From Mytilus californianus (lineage: Eukaryota): DNA of 64,000 nucleotides. The stretch lies in contig NW_026262604.1 of the NCBI RefSeq assembly GCF_021869535.1, forward strand, positions 36,766,001-36,830,000. Reading direction: 5' to 3'. The translations under genes and the position numbers were made by a program. Shown here in pieces: positions 1 through 13,437 of the stretch. The notes under the pieces are model-generated. The model saw nothing but the letters and a program-made list of their open reading frames with translations. It made no database searches and was not told the DNA's origin. Within the stretch, counting starts at the first letter, position 1. Each line of letters begins with the position of its first letter.

Positions 1-695
1 TCTCCCATTCAAGACACTACAGATTACCGTCGTAAAATGGACTCCATGAACCTTTTTTCTCCGGAAACTCTCCTCCTCACTTTGGATGTCACCTCAGTGT
101 ATACTAACATACCTCATAATGACGGAACACACTTGTGCAAGGGAATAAGGGACTAGCGCACATTCTAGAACCACCCACCAAATATTTAGTTCAGCTGCTT
201 ATAAAAGATGTGGTATGGTTGCCAATAAGACAACTCTCCACAAGAGACCAAATGACACAGAAAATAACAACTATAGGTCACCGTACGGCCTTCAACAATG
301 AACAAAGTCCATACCGCATAGTCAGCTATAAAAGGCCCTGAAATGACAAATGTAAAACAATTCAAACGAGAAAACCAACTTACTCTGGTTCTGAAATGCA
401 ACAATTTCATCTTCAATGGTAAATATTATCGTCAGATAAACAAGAGAGCGTTGGGAACCGTAAATGGCACCGTCTTACGCCAATATTTACATGGGCAAAT
501 TAGAGAAACAAATCATTTCAACATCGTTATCTTAACCTCAGTTTTGGTTCCGTTTCATCAATGATGTTGACATGATATGGATTGAATCCCAACAAAATTT
601 GGATGATTTTATGAAACATGCAAACAACACCCACCAGTCAGTAAAATTCTCACATGAAATTTTCTACTCTAAAATATTTTTCTTGGACACAAGTC
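1..695 (+). mobile_element. Penelope-like retroelement reverse transcriptase fragment (decayed)
   Basis: Translation gives IQDTTDY...TLLLTLDVTSVYTNIPHNDG, then (frameshifted) LVLKCNNFIFNGKYYRQ..ALGT.MAPSYANIYMGKLE and WFRFINDVDMIW...N..H.SVKFSHE..FLDT, which are typical PLE RT motifs. Interrupted at 201-378 by a dispersed repeat and truncated by a SINE at 720. Confidence 0.85.
201..378 (+). repeat. Mytilus-type dispersed repeat (non-autonomous, probably Helitron/Helentron-related)
   Basis: agatgtggtatg.ttgccaat.agacaactctccacaagagaccaaatgacac...ggtcaccgtacggccttcaacaatg. Related pieces recur in this window at about 45985-46197, 52065-52300, 62940-63000, 63340-63470 and 63655-63800. Family assignment is from recall. 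Confidence 0.65.
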
Positions 696-719
696 AATTG
701 AAACATTATGTGCAAAAGA

Positions 720-1141
720 TTGATTGATTGTTGGTTGCTTAACGTCCAGTGGCAAATATTTCATGCATATTCAGGACGAGAACAAATTAACAATACATAC
801 AACAGGTAGGTTCTGTAATAGAGGCGTTTGGGATTGAGGTCGGAGAAATTTAGACAGCCACGGGAAATGAGGGTATATTGGATAGGGACAGAAATTTAGC
901 CTTGCAACAGGTCACATACGGACCCCTCAAAGAGTTGTTGCAAGGGTTCTTAACGTACAAAGAGCGTGGCACTCTCCTTACACGAGGCATCGGATTAAAT
1001 GTCCCCATTCTGACCGGACGTGGCTGCAAATTTGTACATCCCGCACAGCCAAACGGACGCCCCAATTTAGCAAGGGTTTTACTGCCGGTCGGAGGAAGAC
1101 CAATGGTGACCATACTTCTATTCCCCAGTCACCCTTGGGGG
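720..1141 (-). mobile_element. Meta-domain SINE, full-length copy
   Basis: Near-identical to the other ~420-bp copies. In element orientation: CCCCAAGGGTGACTGGGG head, GGGGACGTTAAATCCGATGCCTCGTGT...GCACGTTAAGAACCC Meta-like core, and GGACGTTAAGCAACCAA(CAAT)n tail. No TSD seen. Confidence 0.85.
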
Positions 1142-1354
1142 CGTCCGTGTAAGAAAGACAGTTGTAAGTCTGGTAGGTGTGAATGGTTTCTAAAATATAT
1201 AAAAACGTAGTTTTTTATGCATGCTGTAAATAATGCATCTTCTTATGCTTTTGACTATTGTTCTTTATTATCTTATAAATTTTAAACATATATTCGCTTT
1301 ATTTAAATTTACTTTCAAATTTTATACAGGTTAAAGCCATTTTTAAGCAATATT

Positions 1355-1470
1355 TTGTACATGTTATAAAATGTACGAGGTACTTCTGTACATGTTATAA
1401 CTTGTATTTTTGCATTGTACAAATTATAACATGTACAAAATTTTTGTACATGTTATAACCTGTACAAAAT
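1355..1470. repeat. TGTACATGTTATAA repeat cluster containing a perfect 35-bp palindrome (1424-1458)
   Basis: ttataacatgtacaaaa-t-ttttgtacatgttataa; the 14-mer also occurs at about 1358 and 1387. Confidence 0.8.
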
Positions 1471-2480
1471 GGTAACTTGTACACGACATATACATAACAT
1501 GTCATTGTACTGATGAGCAGTATTTGCTTTAAGTAATAAAAGAATTGAATTGAAAAAAAAATGAAAGCAAAAGAACAAATAACAACCAAGAATAACAAAG
1601 TGAAAAGTAAGAGAAGAACAGATAGGGACCGATCCAGATTCAACCAACACATGGAAAGAAAAAGACAAATACTGGAATTAACATTTCTAAACATCAGAAA
1701 TACAACCTTTATACATTTTTTGGACACAAATCATTCAGTTAAAGTGGAATTAAAAACAATTAAAGAAAAATTAAAAGAGAATAATACCAACAATAAAGAT
1801 ATCAATTATGAACCTAATATGAAAGATGAAGAAATCAGCAATCTCAAAGATCAACTATTAATAAATACAATGTGGGAAAGTACACAACTATATGTAAAAG
1901 GAAATGAGGAATTTCGCTAAGAATTAGAAAAGTATAGATCAACTCCTGAAAACCTTAACGTCCATGATTTATATTGGTAAAATGAAATGTTAAGGAATGA
2001 AAATTCAAGAATAATTTCTGTCAATAATGATTTAATAAAACAACATTTAGAGAAAAGTAAAATAGATGCAGAAAATAATGAAATTGTGATAAACCATCTG
2101 ATATACATAGAATTTCAACTTGATTACGAACAATTACAAAAGACAATAAATTTATAGAAAGAGTCATTAATGGGTAGAAAAGAAGTAGAAAAAATTAATA
2201 AAAAAATCGATCAACTTGAGATGTAGATAAAAAAATTACAGCGACTAAAACATTAGCAGATGCGGAATCAACAAGATGGGTATCATCAAAGACAATCGTT
2301 TAATCCTCATTAAACGACAGCAGAAGAGATAGGTTTTATTAACATTGAGAAACACGCGGACGTGTTTTTTTTTGTTGAGGAGGAGCAATCTGTCACCAGG
2401 CTGATTTGGACTTGTATTTTTATTTATCATTTTATTTAATAATTGGACTTTTAGAAAAGATAAGGTTTTACAAGTTTAGA

Positions 2481-2905
2481 TTGATTGATTGATTGTTGGT
2501 TGATTAACGTCCAGTGGCAAATATTTCATGCATATTCAGGACGAGAACAAATTAACAATAAATACAATAGGTAGGTTCTGTAATAGGGGCTTCCGCGATT
2601 AAGGTCGGAAAAATTTAGACTGCCACGGGAAATAAGGGTTTATTGGATAGGGACAGAAATTTGGCCTTGCAACAGGTCACCTACGGACCCCTCAAAGAGT
2701 TGCTGCAAGGGTTCTTTACGTGCAAAGAGCGTGACACTCTCTTTACACGAGGCATCGGATTTAACGTCTCCATTCTGACCGGACGTGGCTGCAAATTTGT
2801 ACATCCCGCACAGCCAAACGGACGCCCGACTTTAGCAAGGGTTTTACTGCCGGTCGGAGGAAGACCAATGGTGACCATACTTCTATTCCCCAGTCACCCT
2901 TGGGG
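2481..2905 (-). mobile_element. Meta-domain SINE, full-length copy
   Basis: Same head, core and (CAAT)n tail as the other copies; no TSD seen. Confidence 0.85.
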
Positions 2906-5039
2906 TAGGACACTAAAGAAACTAGAAACTAGAAAACGGATTAATTTAAGTTAACAGCTTTGTTTCCAGATCATATTAATTATTCGAAATCAATTGTATT
3001 AATAAGTAAATGCTAAATTGTGTACATTATTTAAATTGAATTTAATTAATAAAATATGTTAACACTAAAGAAACTAAACGCGCAGACTCCAAAATGTCTT
3101 ACTATAACTAACTAATTGAAATGATAAATTAAAAACGAATTGGTCATATTTAATATTATGTCATTTGAAGATCAAGACGAATATTAGGAGATTTGGTACT
3201 TTTTATTGACAGGTTTTGTGTAAGAGATGCTGACTACGAGTAAACAATAGTACAAAATGACATGAAAAGAGGATATTTATTGGTACAGTGTAGAAATAAA
3301 AAAAAAAAAAAAAATTTGAAATAAAAAGGTACATATGATATACTTGGTACTTTACAATCTTTGTGTGTTTAATAACATAGGTAATATGTCACGGTTACTC
3401 GTTTGCGCGAAATAAAAAGGGACGTAACTCTGCTCACGATGCGGAAAATATAACGAAAGCTCCAACACATTATGTATCGCAAATGTATTCAAATCGGCAC
3501 CTAGTCAATATGGAATCTAAAGAAAAATTCAAATCGGCACCTGAAGACGATTGAAATATGATAAGCTACTTGGTTCGATAATGTCATGAGTTTTATATTT
3601 AATTGCTGGAAAAAAACTACACTTATTCCATTAATGTGCTGGATTATCGATTGAGGTCATATGATTTACAATTAAGTGAAGTAAGTTCTATCTCCATATC
3701 ATTGACATATAATGAATAAAGTAGAAGGGTTAATGTTTCCCTTGCATGATCCAAGTTTACACAGGGTTTTAATTTGCTATCCATAGATGTAATGACCATG
3801 ATGACATTTAGTAACCTTTCCACATTTGACTAATCACTGCCATAATTTGTAATGTTATTTTTTGTAATTTCAGGATTTTAGTATTTTTGTTCAGACATAT
3901 TGTGTTTATCAAAGTATATCAATCTCCGCTCGAATCTAGTATTTTGTTTTATGTGCCAAATGTTATGTCATGCACACCTTTATAATTATATATTGTGTTA
4001 CTCGAGAATACTTTGTAAAAAATCATATTATTTGTGCATATATAGTAATCATCAATATGTGTATGTATCCTATAAACTGCATTTGCTTTTGAAATAAAGT
4101 ATTACCAAATATCGAACTGAATGGTACTGTGCTGTTCATTGATATAATTTGTATTCATATTTGGTTTTATCAAATAAGATATTAAACAATACTATTCCAC
4201 TTTTGTACATGATATAGTACCACGGATTCCCGAGTTTTATGTATACAGGACCTTTGTACCTTAAGTTTCGTGTATACAGGACCTGTGTACCTTATACAAG
4301 CAAATGAGTAAAAGCGACTGAATCAAATGAAGAATCCTCAAATTGAAGGTAAAGAAAGGAAATATTAAAAAGCCAAATGTATGACATTGGGAGAAGCAGT
4401 TATGAAGTTTGATATTGGTATAAAGGAGAGGTCATAAATCAGAGAAAACTTTAATCAAAGTTTATAGTATGTTGAGAAAAGTTCAGAACTAGCTATGTTG
4501 TTTGAAGAGGAATCTCAGGGGTCAAGACGTTTTTCTTTATCTTAAAGTCATATGAAACTTCAAATTAAAAAATATGATGCATATGTTTTTTTTTATAATT
4601 GAATGGCTAGTTTATATTATAAAATTTATGTACATATACGTTTCTATAATTTGTCCAAACTTAGAAGAAATTTACTTTTTTTTAATTGTTTGCTTCCAAT
4701 ATATAACTCAGCCTTGATAATAACAAAAAAGAATGGTTTGTTCTGTGGTAGTTTGAAAATAAATAACCTGACTTACAATGTATTGAAAATAAATAGCTCA
4801 GCATGTCTTTAAAGCCATTTTATGAATGCTATTCTAAAGTATGAGATGGCACATACTTTACTATGTGAATTACATTTTTGCTTTATCCTACATATTAGTC
4901 TTTTGATGTTGTACCTAAAAACTAAAAGTCTTACACTGAATCTATATATTTTGCTTTTGAGACCAAAATATTGTCGAAAAAGTAAAGAACGCAGAACTTG
5001 CGTTTCAGATTAAGAAAGGGTCTGGGAAACACGCAGAAT

Positions 5040-5525
5040 GCAGTATTTTGTATCATTTTTTCTATAGCTTCTTGCGGCCACCCAAACCCTTTGCCGATTT
5101 TGTTTTTCGCCTCGCTCCGCTCGGCGAATTTCTTTGTCATTACTTTTAAAGAAAACTATAGTAACAGCAAAATTAATACATTGTACGTATGCAATGTATG
5201 CAGTTTGGAATTCAGAAGATTCACTTCCAGAGGATGATGATTAACTCTGATTATATGGTGGTACATAATGACTTGCCTATACATGCAATATATATTTAAG
5301 AATAAAATATGAATTTAAAAATTGTGTGTTTTCAAATATTATATTAAAATATAATTGTGAAAATAAATGATCAGTCCCTTGTTTTAATGAAAATGAAAAA
5401 TCATGCTTCAACAGTGCAGAAAATAAATAATCTGTCCTTTAATTTCACAAAAATAAATAACCAATCCAAAACAAATCCTCCTGCCCTACCCCCTCCCCCC
5501 ACCAGAATATCAAATGGTCGTCCCC
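5040..5525. mobile_element. Non-autonomous DNA transposon fragment, one terminus visible
   Basis: Ends ...caaatggtcgtcccc|TTAA (5526-5529). No matching left TIR found. Confidence 0.35.
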
Positions 5526-7200
5526 TTAAGCTCTTGAGTTAGGTTTCCCATTTTAATGAAATAACTATTGAAAGTTACAGAGTTAATTCCCCTGATGAGT
5601 TATTCCCCTTTGAAATTAGTTGTATTTGAGAATATAAAGGCTGATCATTGTTTATTGATTTATTATTGCATGATTTATTCCTTGATTGATTGTAATTGTT
5701 TATTGAATATATAATGTTGTAGACTTGATCTTTGGAACCAGAAAAAAACATCTGTACTTATAGAACTTCTGTCAATTTTAGAAACATACATGACAAGTTA
5801 GAAAAATCCCCTAATAATCAGCACAACAAACATACCATATTCAGAAGCAACATGCATTATAATACAATTACATTCCTCGATTAAACTGTTAATCGAGTCT
5901 TTATTTACACTTGCTATATGAGGCAAAGGGGGGACATTTATATGGGCTCCGGGATTGCAAATCTATAGTAATTGATAACAGTATATTTTGATTGGTTCAC
6001 TTGCGCATTTCAATCAGTCTTTGTAATTCTATTTTATATTCGTTTTTCTGAAATATTGAATTATATGGATGTAATAAATATGTAAACTTTCCAGCGACAT
6101 ACACTAGTACTTTATATTAGAGTCAGCTTGTTTTTCCCGAAAATGTATTATATGACCGAGCCGACAAATAACCTGGTCATATATAGTGTAGGATCCGGGC
6201 AATGCATCCATCTGATACCTTGCTCTACCTCTGAAGATGACCCCCATCAACAGAAACATGAATAAACGGAGAACCAGAACTTTTGGCTGGAGATACCATC
6301 TACCAGGTGATGGAATTACCTTTCGGAACATAAATTCACAGTATATCAACTATATCCTATGGAAGTTTTGTGAAAAAACTAAACAATCAGTTTCATTTTG
6401 GACATTGTTTGAGAAAATTTCATTTATTCATATGTACAGATGTTTTGGGCATTTCGCCAGAATGTGAAAGTTACACAGACAATCGGATGTTAAAGTTATC
6501 AAAGTGAAATAAAAATCCAAATTACGTCGCGACGCAGAAAGAATGAAGGAATGTAAGGGAAAAAAGCAATGTCATTTTTTCCTTGCGCTTGACTAAATAA
6601 GATTGTAATCACGGTTTCTTTCCAAGCTTAGACTGGCATAAGGAATTCTTTGATAACGTAAGACTCAGAAATGCCCGAGGGAATTCAGAAAGAGTGATAA
6701 TCAAAATCAAAAGTATACATTATGAAAAGAAATTTAGAGAGTTGTAGCAAAAACGTTCCGGTATTGTAGACAAATTAGACCAACAACAAAAAAGGTACAT
6801 AAGATAAAAAAAAAATTACAAGAACGCGCCATTAACTTGAAGAATCTAGGTCTTAAATGTACAGTCAAAGATGTGAAGCTATCGATGAGCAATACAATTT
6901 AAACGCGAAAAAAAGCATGCAAGATAAAACCAATAAGCTGGAAGACAAATTGGACAATTTTCGTAGAAATGCATGAGAACATAATTATTTCAACCATAAC
7001 TATTGATACAAAGGACGCCATGATCACCGCAAAAACTTTCGGAACAATTTTAGATGAAGAGTAAGACCCGGGACGTGTCTTCAGGAGCCGCGGGAATATA
7101 TGACCGGACTATTTGTACTATTAAGTGTGACATTAATTTTTAAACAACATTCTATTAGTTCAAATCTTTATATATTCTTTTTATATTCTATTGTTCCTGA

Positions 7201-7623
7201 TTGATTGGTTGTTGGTTGTTTAACGTCCAGTGGCAAATATTTCATGCATATTCAGGACGAGAACAAATTAACAATAAATACAATAGGTAGGTTCTGTAAT
7301 AGGGGCTTCCGGGATTAATGTCGGAGAAATTTAGACTGCCACGGGAAATGAGGGAATATTGGATAGGGACAGAAATTAAGCCTTGTAACAGGTCACCTAC
7401 GGACCCCTCAAAGAGTTGTTGCAAGGGTTCTTAACATGCAAAGAGCGTGGCAATCTCTTTACACGAGGCATCGGATTTAACGTCCCCAGTCTGACCGGAC
7501 GTGGCTGCAAATTTGTACATCCCGCACAGCCAAACGGACGCCCCACTTTAGCAAGGGTTTTACTGCCGGTCGGAGGAAGACCAATGGTGACCATACTTCT
7601 ATTTCCCAGTCACCTTTGGGGGC
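7201..7623 (-). mobile_element. Meta-domain SINE, full-length, 14-bp TSD
   Basis: TSD tctattgttcctga at 7187-7200 and 7624-7637. Confidence 0.9.
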
Positions 7624-8857
7624 TCTATTGTTCCTGACTTTAATATATTAGAGTGATTAGTTATATTTAAGACATAAGTTTTACACCGATGAAGTGTCAT
7701 AATCTTGGATAAATGACTAAATTTCATTTAAAAATTTATTCGCTGCGACACTTTTGACAATAATTTAAAAATTGTCGGACACTTAATGACTTTTTAATCT
7801 ATTGTTATTTCTCTTTGGCATCTGTTAATCTTCCTAATACTTTAACTACATGTGCTTATCTATATTGTTAACGTTGTTATGATACTTTTCATTTAGTTTG
7901 GAGTTTGTTGTTCGGTTTTGCCGGACTCCTAAAAATAAAAGTTTTAAGGAGCGAAAAATTCCTTCTTATTCCATTTAGTCGGAACGCCATTCTACCCGGC
8001 TATATCTGGAAGAGGATCTAGATGAGTACCTCTACAGCAAAGCCAGTGCTAAATTGAACATTTGATTCAGTAATTGCTTAAAATCATCAACGTAACGTGT
8101 GCAATGAAACGTCGGAAAAAGCGAAAAATGTTGTCTCCGTTTCAACATGTTAAATGGGATATGTTTGTATTATAACTATGTTGAAATTTTAATGGAAATC
8201 TGTACGATTAAATTCACAGTAGAACCTACAAATACTTTATCAAAATTCCAAGGCGACTTTACCAAAAGCCCAAGTCGTTGGTGGAAGTTATTTGAAAATG
8301 TGAATGCTTTATATTGTAATAAATTCAAATTTTGCAATGCATTTCCCCTATTTCCAGAAGATACTGTTCAAATATGATTTATTGGATTACCGTAAGACAT
8401 AATAACCACTCAACAGTATTTAAAATGCGAAATTCTGAACAAGTACCGATTTTCATACGGCCTTTGGAGACAGTCGATGCAAACTTTCAATATTTACAAA
8501 AGTGCGAGAAGGATTCATAAAACAAAATCCTGTCAGAACTGAAACCGAAAATATAAAGAGTGTTCCAACAAATTAGTGCCGTTAACAGCAGCGAAGTACC
8601 ACATCTTAAAACCAGCCCGACAATAGTAGAACCATTCGTAACAGAGGTTTACCATAAGACAGAAGTTCAACATATGACAAGACCCATAACGGAAAGACAA
8701 CATAGATGTAATACATACAACAGATGTGGTGTGTTTGTGACCATATACCATCTCAATGTCGCTTTGTTGGAATAAAATGTAATAAATGCAATGCCATAGG
8801 TCACAAAACAAAAATGTTTAGATCACACACATTTAAAGCAAACGTTTAATAGAATTG

Positions 8858-9128
8858 TACAAATTTGCAGCCACGCTCTTTGTACGTTAAGAACCCTTGC
8901 AACAACTCTGAGGGGTCCGTAGGTAACCTGTTGCAAGGCTAAATGTCTGTTCCTATCCAGTATACCCTCGTTTCCCGTGGCAGTCTAAATTTCTCCGACC
9001 TTAATCCCGGACGCCCCTATTACAGAACCTACCTATTGTATTTATTGTTAGTTTGTTCTCGTCCTGAATATGCATTAAATATTTGCCACTGGACGTTAAA
9101 CAACCAACAATCAATCAATCAATCAATT
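8858..9128 (+). mobile_element. Meta-domain SINE, 5'-truncated and internally deleted
   Basis: TSD atagaattg at 8849-8857 and 9129-9137. Internal deletion between the two GCCACG motifs of the consensus. Confidence 0.85.
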
Positions 9129-9319
9129 ATAGAATTGCAAAAATAGAATGAGCTGTAATTGACTTGAATAGAAACACAGTACGATGAACTTTAACTCCTT
9201 GACTGAATTTATATATACACTATTCCTTTCATGTCGCGAACTGCGCGAATACACAAGACCTACTCACGATTCCTGAACTCAAGAGGGTCGTTATCTACGG
9301 AGTGTTCTGAAAAGCAAGT

Positions 9320-9620
9320 TAAACATGCAACGCTTTCTTGTTGGCAAATAAATGTGCTTTGAATTCTCTTGTTGTCCTCATTATAACGTTGATATTGTAA
9401 TTCTGGATCACATTCTTACCAACACTGTAGCAGCTTACAATGTCCGTCTTATGTAAATGTACATCCATTACCTCATACATTGATACAATGACGGAAATAT
9501 ATCTTCACCTTCCTTCTAATGTATTCCAGCGATTCTTATGTTTTCACGTTCACTGTATTATATCTGATTGTCATTGACGTAAGCGTTGAGCCTCACTGCT
9601 GAATAAAATTTTCGAATTTA
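9320..9620 (-). mobile_element. LINE ORF1 RRM-like fragment (CR1/L2-type)
   Basis: Minus strand reads Q.*YSERENIRIAGIH*KEGEDISVIV...DIVSCYSVGK...NVIMR..REFKAHLFANKKAL, matching the EQYSRRxNIRIxGI..E...DI..CHR.GK..IIVRF..KK.L pattern. Confidence 0.5.
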
Positions 9621-9772
9621 GCGTCTTGCGCCACACAGTTTTACTCAAAAGTAGATTTACGGCCGGTGACAAGCGATGCATAAAATTTATTGCAATCATC
9701 TCGAATTCGTTAAGTCGCATTAAATAATGAAGCCTTATAAACTGGCAACCCTTGAAACTGGTAGTTAAAATC

Positions 9773-9929
9773 CAGTGGCGGATCCAGAACTTTTCGTAAG
9801 GGGGATGGGGCCCGCTGACTGACCTAAGGGGGGCCCGCTCAAGTCATGCTTCAGTGATTCCCTATATAATCAACCAAATTTTTCCCACAAAAGGGGGGGG
9901 GGGGGCGGGCCCTCCAGGATCCGCCTATG
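9773..9929. mobile_element. MITE with CAGTGGCGGATCC termini
   Basis: Left end cagtggcggatcc, right end ggatccgcctatg (imperfect TIR). A similar terminus occurs near 47452. Confidence 0.65.
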
Positions 9930-10344
9930 AAATCTATAAAATTATGGTGTATTCCTGATTGTCCGAATTTTAAAATTTAAGTTCAAAGTCCCACATTATT
10001 TTATGAGATTAAATAAACATGAGAGGTGGTGTGTTGTTTGTTAGCTAAATGAATTAAAAAAAATCATAAAAATTATTGCATTTTTAAACTTGAAGTTGAT
10101 ATCAGTTTTATAAAATGTATTAAATACATTTTATTTTTATAAATTATAGGGATTTTTTTTCGGTAATGGCATGAAAATACGGATATGCGTTATTGAAATA
10201 TGTATTTTAAATTAAAAAATATATCTTCCTTATGCAAATCTGTGATTTCTTGTCCGGCTTTATCTAGATTAATTGTTCATTTTGGTTTATAAGCTCTTCA
10301 TTTAAAAAAATAAAATTTTAGAATTTCAAATATTTTGGCCTCAA

Positions 10345-10388
10345 GCATCCCTGAAAAGACATTTAGTGCCGAGATGCGCAGCTAATGC
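10345..10388 (+). ncRNA. Degenerate minimal type I hammerhead motif (probably inactive)
   Basis: gcatcc-CTGAAAAG-acatttagtgcc-GAGA-tgcgca-gc-taatgc has the same layout as the intact motif at 52437 but core positions are mutated. Confidence 0.4.
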
Positions 10389-12209
10389 AGTAAAATTGGT
10401 ACTGTTAATGTTATTATTGCACTCCTGATAAAATAATATATCATTTCTGAATTATAAAATATATATCGTCAATGCAAGATAATAAATAAAAAAAATATGC
10501 ATATATAGGTCGCAATTTAAATCGTCTATATACACCTCTCAGCATAAGCAGTTATTCCTCCTTTGAGTGAAGATGGCGCGTTTATCTGCAAGCGCGGCGG
10601 ACAGAGAACATTGTATACCGAGAGATAACAACCTACATGAAAGAACAGACGCAATAACTCTGTTTTCGAGGTGCGCTACTTAAACCTGAATTAGGCCTAC
10701 AACTATCTGCTCTCTGAACAACATGCTATTTGATCCTACCTGGCACCTGCCAAATTCGAGGTAAACAAAGTACAACAGTACAAAAAGAAGAGATGTCGGG
10801 CAGACTACTCCTGATGCAGCAATTTACAAACAGTAGATAGCGTAATTTCGTACACCAAATGAAAACAACGACACGCATTGGATACATACTGGACTTGAGA
10901 GATAAGAAATTTAGCAGTTGTTCAAGTTTGGTATTTATCGACAGCTATAAGACATTATCCTACATCTACCAATATTGATCATCAGAAAAAGTGGACCCAG
11001 ATCACTGCTGCCTTAAGATTCAATAATGGTACCTACGATAAAATATTCGACATTGAAAATTTCTTACAACTCCGAGCAAACAATATATAAAACATATCTG
11101 AGAGAATGAAAGAGCAGATTGTGACTACGAGGAATTATTGTCAACCGCGGCGAAGCCAAGGTTGACAAAGTCTTTTCGAGGGGTAGCAATCTGCTCTACC
11201 AAACTGTCAGAAGGTATTATTTGATTTATTACTGAATCTTGTTATTTTACAGTCCATTAAATTTTCAAATTCAAAGTAATAAACTTTGACGCCTTGTACA
11301 TAACAACAATTCGTATTTAGCAAAGCGCACACTTGATCAAGCGTTTCCGTGAAGGGTAATAGAGTACTTAATATGGGATAAAGAAATTATCTACCTCGTA
11401 TTAACCAATACAAATCTGGTATTTTGACATGAAGCATAATAACAAGAAATACACAATCTACGAAAATGAACACTTTCTACAATTGTCCGTCACTCTTAGA
11501 ATAGACGTACATTCTACACTCACCGTTTGATGGGAAAAAAATTTCAACCAGTCTTAGTAATTTTACAACGGAAGTCAGAAGACATAAACACAAGATTATT
11601 TACATTATTGAAAATTGCTTGCACCAAACGTCGGATTCCATGAACCTGTCAAATGTCTTCATTGATTACAAAGCAGGTGTTCAGCATTCCGCCACATCAT
11701 CATGAAATAGATTCGTAAAGACCAGACCATATAAAAACAATTGGTAAACCTCTTCCAACAATTAGTTTTTCCAACAGCTTGTTAAGCAGCTTCAAATCGA
11801 TCAGAACTAAATGCATAAGGTCATTTAGAAAATTAAGGTGAATGTTTATTTTGGTTTTCATTTTGCAATTTTTTTACACTACGTGACATAATTTATAAAT
11901 GACCTCTGCCTCAAGAGCTGACCCTGAACTGTCAACAAGATTTAGAAGAAAATAATACAAAAAACAAATAAAAGACATTAAAAGCTTGTGTTGCAGTGAC
12001 CAATCAATTAAATGGGTTGACAGAATTTTTAATTTGTTTGATGTGCATGCAAAACAGGACTTATCACCGTACATGGCATCACATGCTTAGAGAGTAGGCA
12101 AAGACATTTACCTGTCGACTACATCATGCTGAATAGTCTGAACAGTTAATGACATAGACATGATAGATTCGGGGCTAAATTTCGGCACCAAATAGAAAAC
12201 ACTACTAAA

Positions 12210-12665
12210 AGGTGTAATTGATTTCCCCTATTAGTCTTTGTTAAATTTGCACTTTTCAAAAAATTATTAAGAATTTATCTTTGTTTCAAATAAAGAAATA
12301 CTTGGCATGAGTGAAGTTTTATCCTGTTCAGTACTTTAGAAAAAAATTCACATAAATTTTCATTGCATATAAGAAAATAACCATCACTGAAAGTTTACCA
12401 AACAAATTTTCCCCCTTATTTAACCTGTGTACAAGCTTTAGTAACCGTGTAACCTCTTGTTTCCAAAATATTCTATAGAAACCCCAAATAAAAAATAATG
12501 GTGCTTTGAAATACCCAAGACATATGTTTAAGACCCAGAAATGTTTTACTGCAATAAAATGTAGGATTATTTACCTACAACTGTCAAATTCAAGGGAATA
12601 TTTTTTTCGACCTATTTTCGTATGCAACCGGATGTGACGTACCATAATTTGGTGGTATTACACCT
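12210..12665. mobile_element. Non-autonomous Kolobok-like MITE
   Basis: TIR AGGTGTAAT...ATTACACCT. Flanks are TAAA/AAAA rather than a perfect TTAA. Confidence 0.55.
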
Positions 12666-13407
12666 AAAATGGACAACCGATTTGACTAATTACGATCAAA
12701 CACATGAAAAGACATTACACGCTTACTTCTTGATATACTCTAGATAATGTAATCCAGGGCTAAGATACTAGTACTCTAGACTGACGAATAATGGATGTCA
12801 TAACATCAGGCCAAACAGTAACACTTATTTACATTTCTCTTTATGAGCCAGATTTTTTTAGATGTTGAAATGAATGTTGTCGCTGCAATGGTTCCTGCTT
12901 TAGATCAAATATTTCGGAACCAATAAAATGACCCCTTGAAAACAAACAGATTCGAGGTCGTATGAAGGTCCTGCAAAATCGTTAATTGGTTAAACTGCTT
13001 GAATATGGACACTACATATGTCAAAACTGGAGGAGATTTGATGCTTCACTCATGACAACTATTCTTGTTACTAATTTTTAAAGTGGCTTTTAAATTTGAA
13101 ATGGAAACGTGGAAAGTTTTGAAGTGACAACAAACCGAACAAAGGACTGAAAACAGCCCAAGGACATCAATGGGTCTTCAACACAGGGAGAAAATCCTGC
13201 ACCCGGAGCCGTGCTTCAGCTGTCCCCTAAACAACAATGTATACTAATTCAGCGAAAATATGACCATATACACTATTATTATATAAAAGTACATTAAGAA
13301 CATGGTGAATGGCATATCGGAACAATCTGAAGTCCAAGTAATGTATATCAAACGGAATAAACGTTGGTTTGCTTTAATATAAAAAGGCATGCACATTCAC
13401 GAAATCT

Positions 13408-13413
13408 TTTATT
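13408..13413 (-). promoter_or_regulatory. Polyadenylation signal of the GH26 gene
   Basis: AATAAA on the minus strand about 25 nt after the stop codon at 13438. Confidence 0.6.
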
Positions 13414-13437
13414 TATTTATCTTAGTGGCACTAAAAC

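Noticed and set aside
850-1210. Recurrent ORFs MDRDRNLALQQVTYGPLKELL... and MVTIGLPPTGSKT... in the ORF track
   Set aside because: They are readings of both strands of the SINE; starts and ends vary with flanks, and there are no protein motifs.
1510-1517. CTGATGAG hammerhead-like core (also at 5592 and 30108)
   Set aside because: No stem II followed by GAAA and no stem I or III partners. The 30108 instance is inside a coding relic.
6500-7120. Possible Gypsy gag-like decayed frame
   Set aside because: Only vague compositional similarity, and no LTR, PBS or diagnostic motif.
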